IMG/VR virus record: IMGVR_UViG_2830161386_000001
Span: 96,001-160,000 of that record
Direction: 5' to 3' (one strand)
Length of the DNA stretch: 64,000 nucleotides
Source: a virus
Taxonomy: Duplodnaviria; Caudoviricetes
Shown: positions 62,991-64,000 of the stretch, piece after piece
Layout: each line of letters starts with the position of its first letter
Numbering within the stretch: the stretch's first letter is position 1
Translations under genes and position numbers: made by a program
Notes under the pieces: model-generated
The model's input: the letters and a program-made list of their open reading frames with translations, nothing else
The model's database searches: none
What the model was told of the DNA's origin: nothing

Positions 62991-64000
62991 TGCTCTTCCT
63001 TGTTAATAAACTCGCCCTGTCTGATCGCGCCGCTTTTGAGCTGCTTGATGCGCCGGGCGAGCCGGTCTCTCATGCCGAGATTGTGCGGGAAGTCCCCGTC
63101 CGGCTCGATCGCGTCGTTGTCCCGGACGAAAGCGCGGAGCGCCTCGCTGCCCTGACAGATCGTTTCTCCCGCAATCTTGTACCAGGACCCGGCCTGCTCA
63201 ACCGCGCCGGCCTCCTCGGCGTGCTCCGCCAGCTCGAAGGCGCGGTCCAGCCCCTCCCCGTAGCGGATCAGGAGCTTGTCCTTCTTGAAGGGGGCGGCGG
63301 TTTTGTTTTTGACGCACCGGGCGTTGATGTAATTTGCGACCGTCTCCCCGCCGTCTTTCACGTGGGAGGACGGGGCAAGCCGGAGGCGAATGGAGCTGTA
63401 AAACTTCAGCGCCCGGCCGCCGGGGGTCGTTTCGTCGGGGCCAAACATTTGCCCGATGGTCGACCGGAGCTGGTTGACAAAAATAACGGTCGCCCCCGCC
63501 TCTTTAACCGTCGAGGAGAGCTTCCGCAGGGTTTGGCTCATAAGCCGGGCCAGGAGGCCAACGTGATCGTCGCCGATGTCTCCGTCTAGCTCGGCCTGCG
63601 GGACGAGGGAGGCAACCGAGTCTAAAATAACCAAGCCCACCCCCTCCTCGACCATCGACTCGACGAGCTGAAGCGCCTGTTCGCCGCTGTCCGGCTGCTG
63701 AAAGATAAGAGATTGCTGGTCCGCCCCAATGCCGTCGAACGCATACACTGGGTCTAAGGACTGCTCCGCGTCGACGTAGCCGCAGACCTCTCCCTCTTTT
63801 TGGGCCTCCTTTACCGCGTGGATCGCGCAGGTGGTTTTCCCAGACGAGGCCACGCCAAAGAGCTCGATGAGGCGCCCCTCCGGCCACCCGCCGCCCAAGA
63901 TGTTGTCGAGCTTATAAGACCCGGTGTGAATGCGGGGAATGTCTTCCGGGTCGTCCCCGAACCGCTGAACGTCGAATCCATCCTTGTTCAGGCGATCGTG
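62987..64000 (-). CDS. recA: RecA recombinase, 5' end outside window
   Basis: TGSYKLD..LGGGWPEGR, G..SSGKTT, VDAE, QPDSGEQAL, LDSVA, FVNQLR, TTPGGRALKFYSS, KNKTAAPFK; frame stays open to the window edge. Confidence 0.97.
   Translation of the reverse strand, partial: HDRLNKDGFDVQRFGDDPEDIPRIHTGSYKLDNILGGGWPEGRLIELFGVASSGKTTCAIHAVKEAQKEGEVCGYVDAEQSLDPVYAFDGIGADQQSLIFQQPDSGEQALQLVESMVEEGVGLVILDSVASLVPQAELDGDIGDDHVGLLARLMSQTLRKLSSTVKEAGATVIFVNQLRSTIGQMFGPDETTPGGRALKFYSSIRLRLAPSSHVKDGGETVANYINARCVKNKTAAPFKKDKLLIRYGEGLDRAFELAEHAEEAGAVEQAGSWYKIAGETICQGSEALRAFVRDNDAIEPDGDFPHNLGMRDRLARRIKQLKSGAIRQGEFINKEEQ

Noticed and set aside
88-63589. Numerous plus-strand ORFs (e.g. 57265-58599, 28294-29286, 7274-8182)
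   Set aside because: They are antisense shadows of GC-rich minus-strand genes, have no recognisable motifs, and overlap better-supported genes.
1-64000. Stop-codon reassignment or programmed frameshifting
   Set aside because: Conserved genes are intact in the standard code and end in TAA, TAG and TGA, and the only tRNA is an ordinary Lys(UUU).

Overview
A 64-kb segment of a large tailed dsDNA phage, probably a jumbo phage. The DNA is GC-rich and the proteins are acidic, which fits a halophilic Rhodothermota/Bacteroidota host such as Salinibacter (inference). All credible genes lie on the minus strand. In transcription order (right to left) the window holds: recA, baseplate spike-like genes, a lysis/regulatory block (DUF5675, holin-like, XRE, orphan HigA), about 13 kb of small single-gene cassettes separated by repeated hairpins, tRNA-Lys(UUU), a nucleotide-metabolism block (dut, thyA, HAD nucleotidase, two DEDD exonucleases, AAA ATPase, class II RNR with a LAGLIDADG intein), an orphan Phd antitoxin, and a head module (GpA-type terminase, metallophosphoesterase, prohead protease). 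Two signals stand out. (1) Three giant ORFs (1383, 1175 and 2172 aa) look like polyproteins: glycine-zipper segments and enzyme cargo (SNF2, ADP-ribosyltransferase-like, zincin, nucleotidyltransferase, ParB-like) separated by recurrent K-x-A motifs. (2) A spacer-less 16-bp palindrome, ARTCCCAGCTGGGAYT, occurs 16 times: just 3' of stop codons, inside terminator-like repeats, and in frame (SQLG) at polyprotein module junctions. All calls come from reading motifs by eye; no database searches were run.
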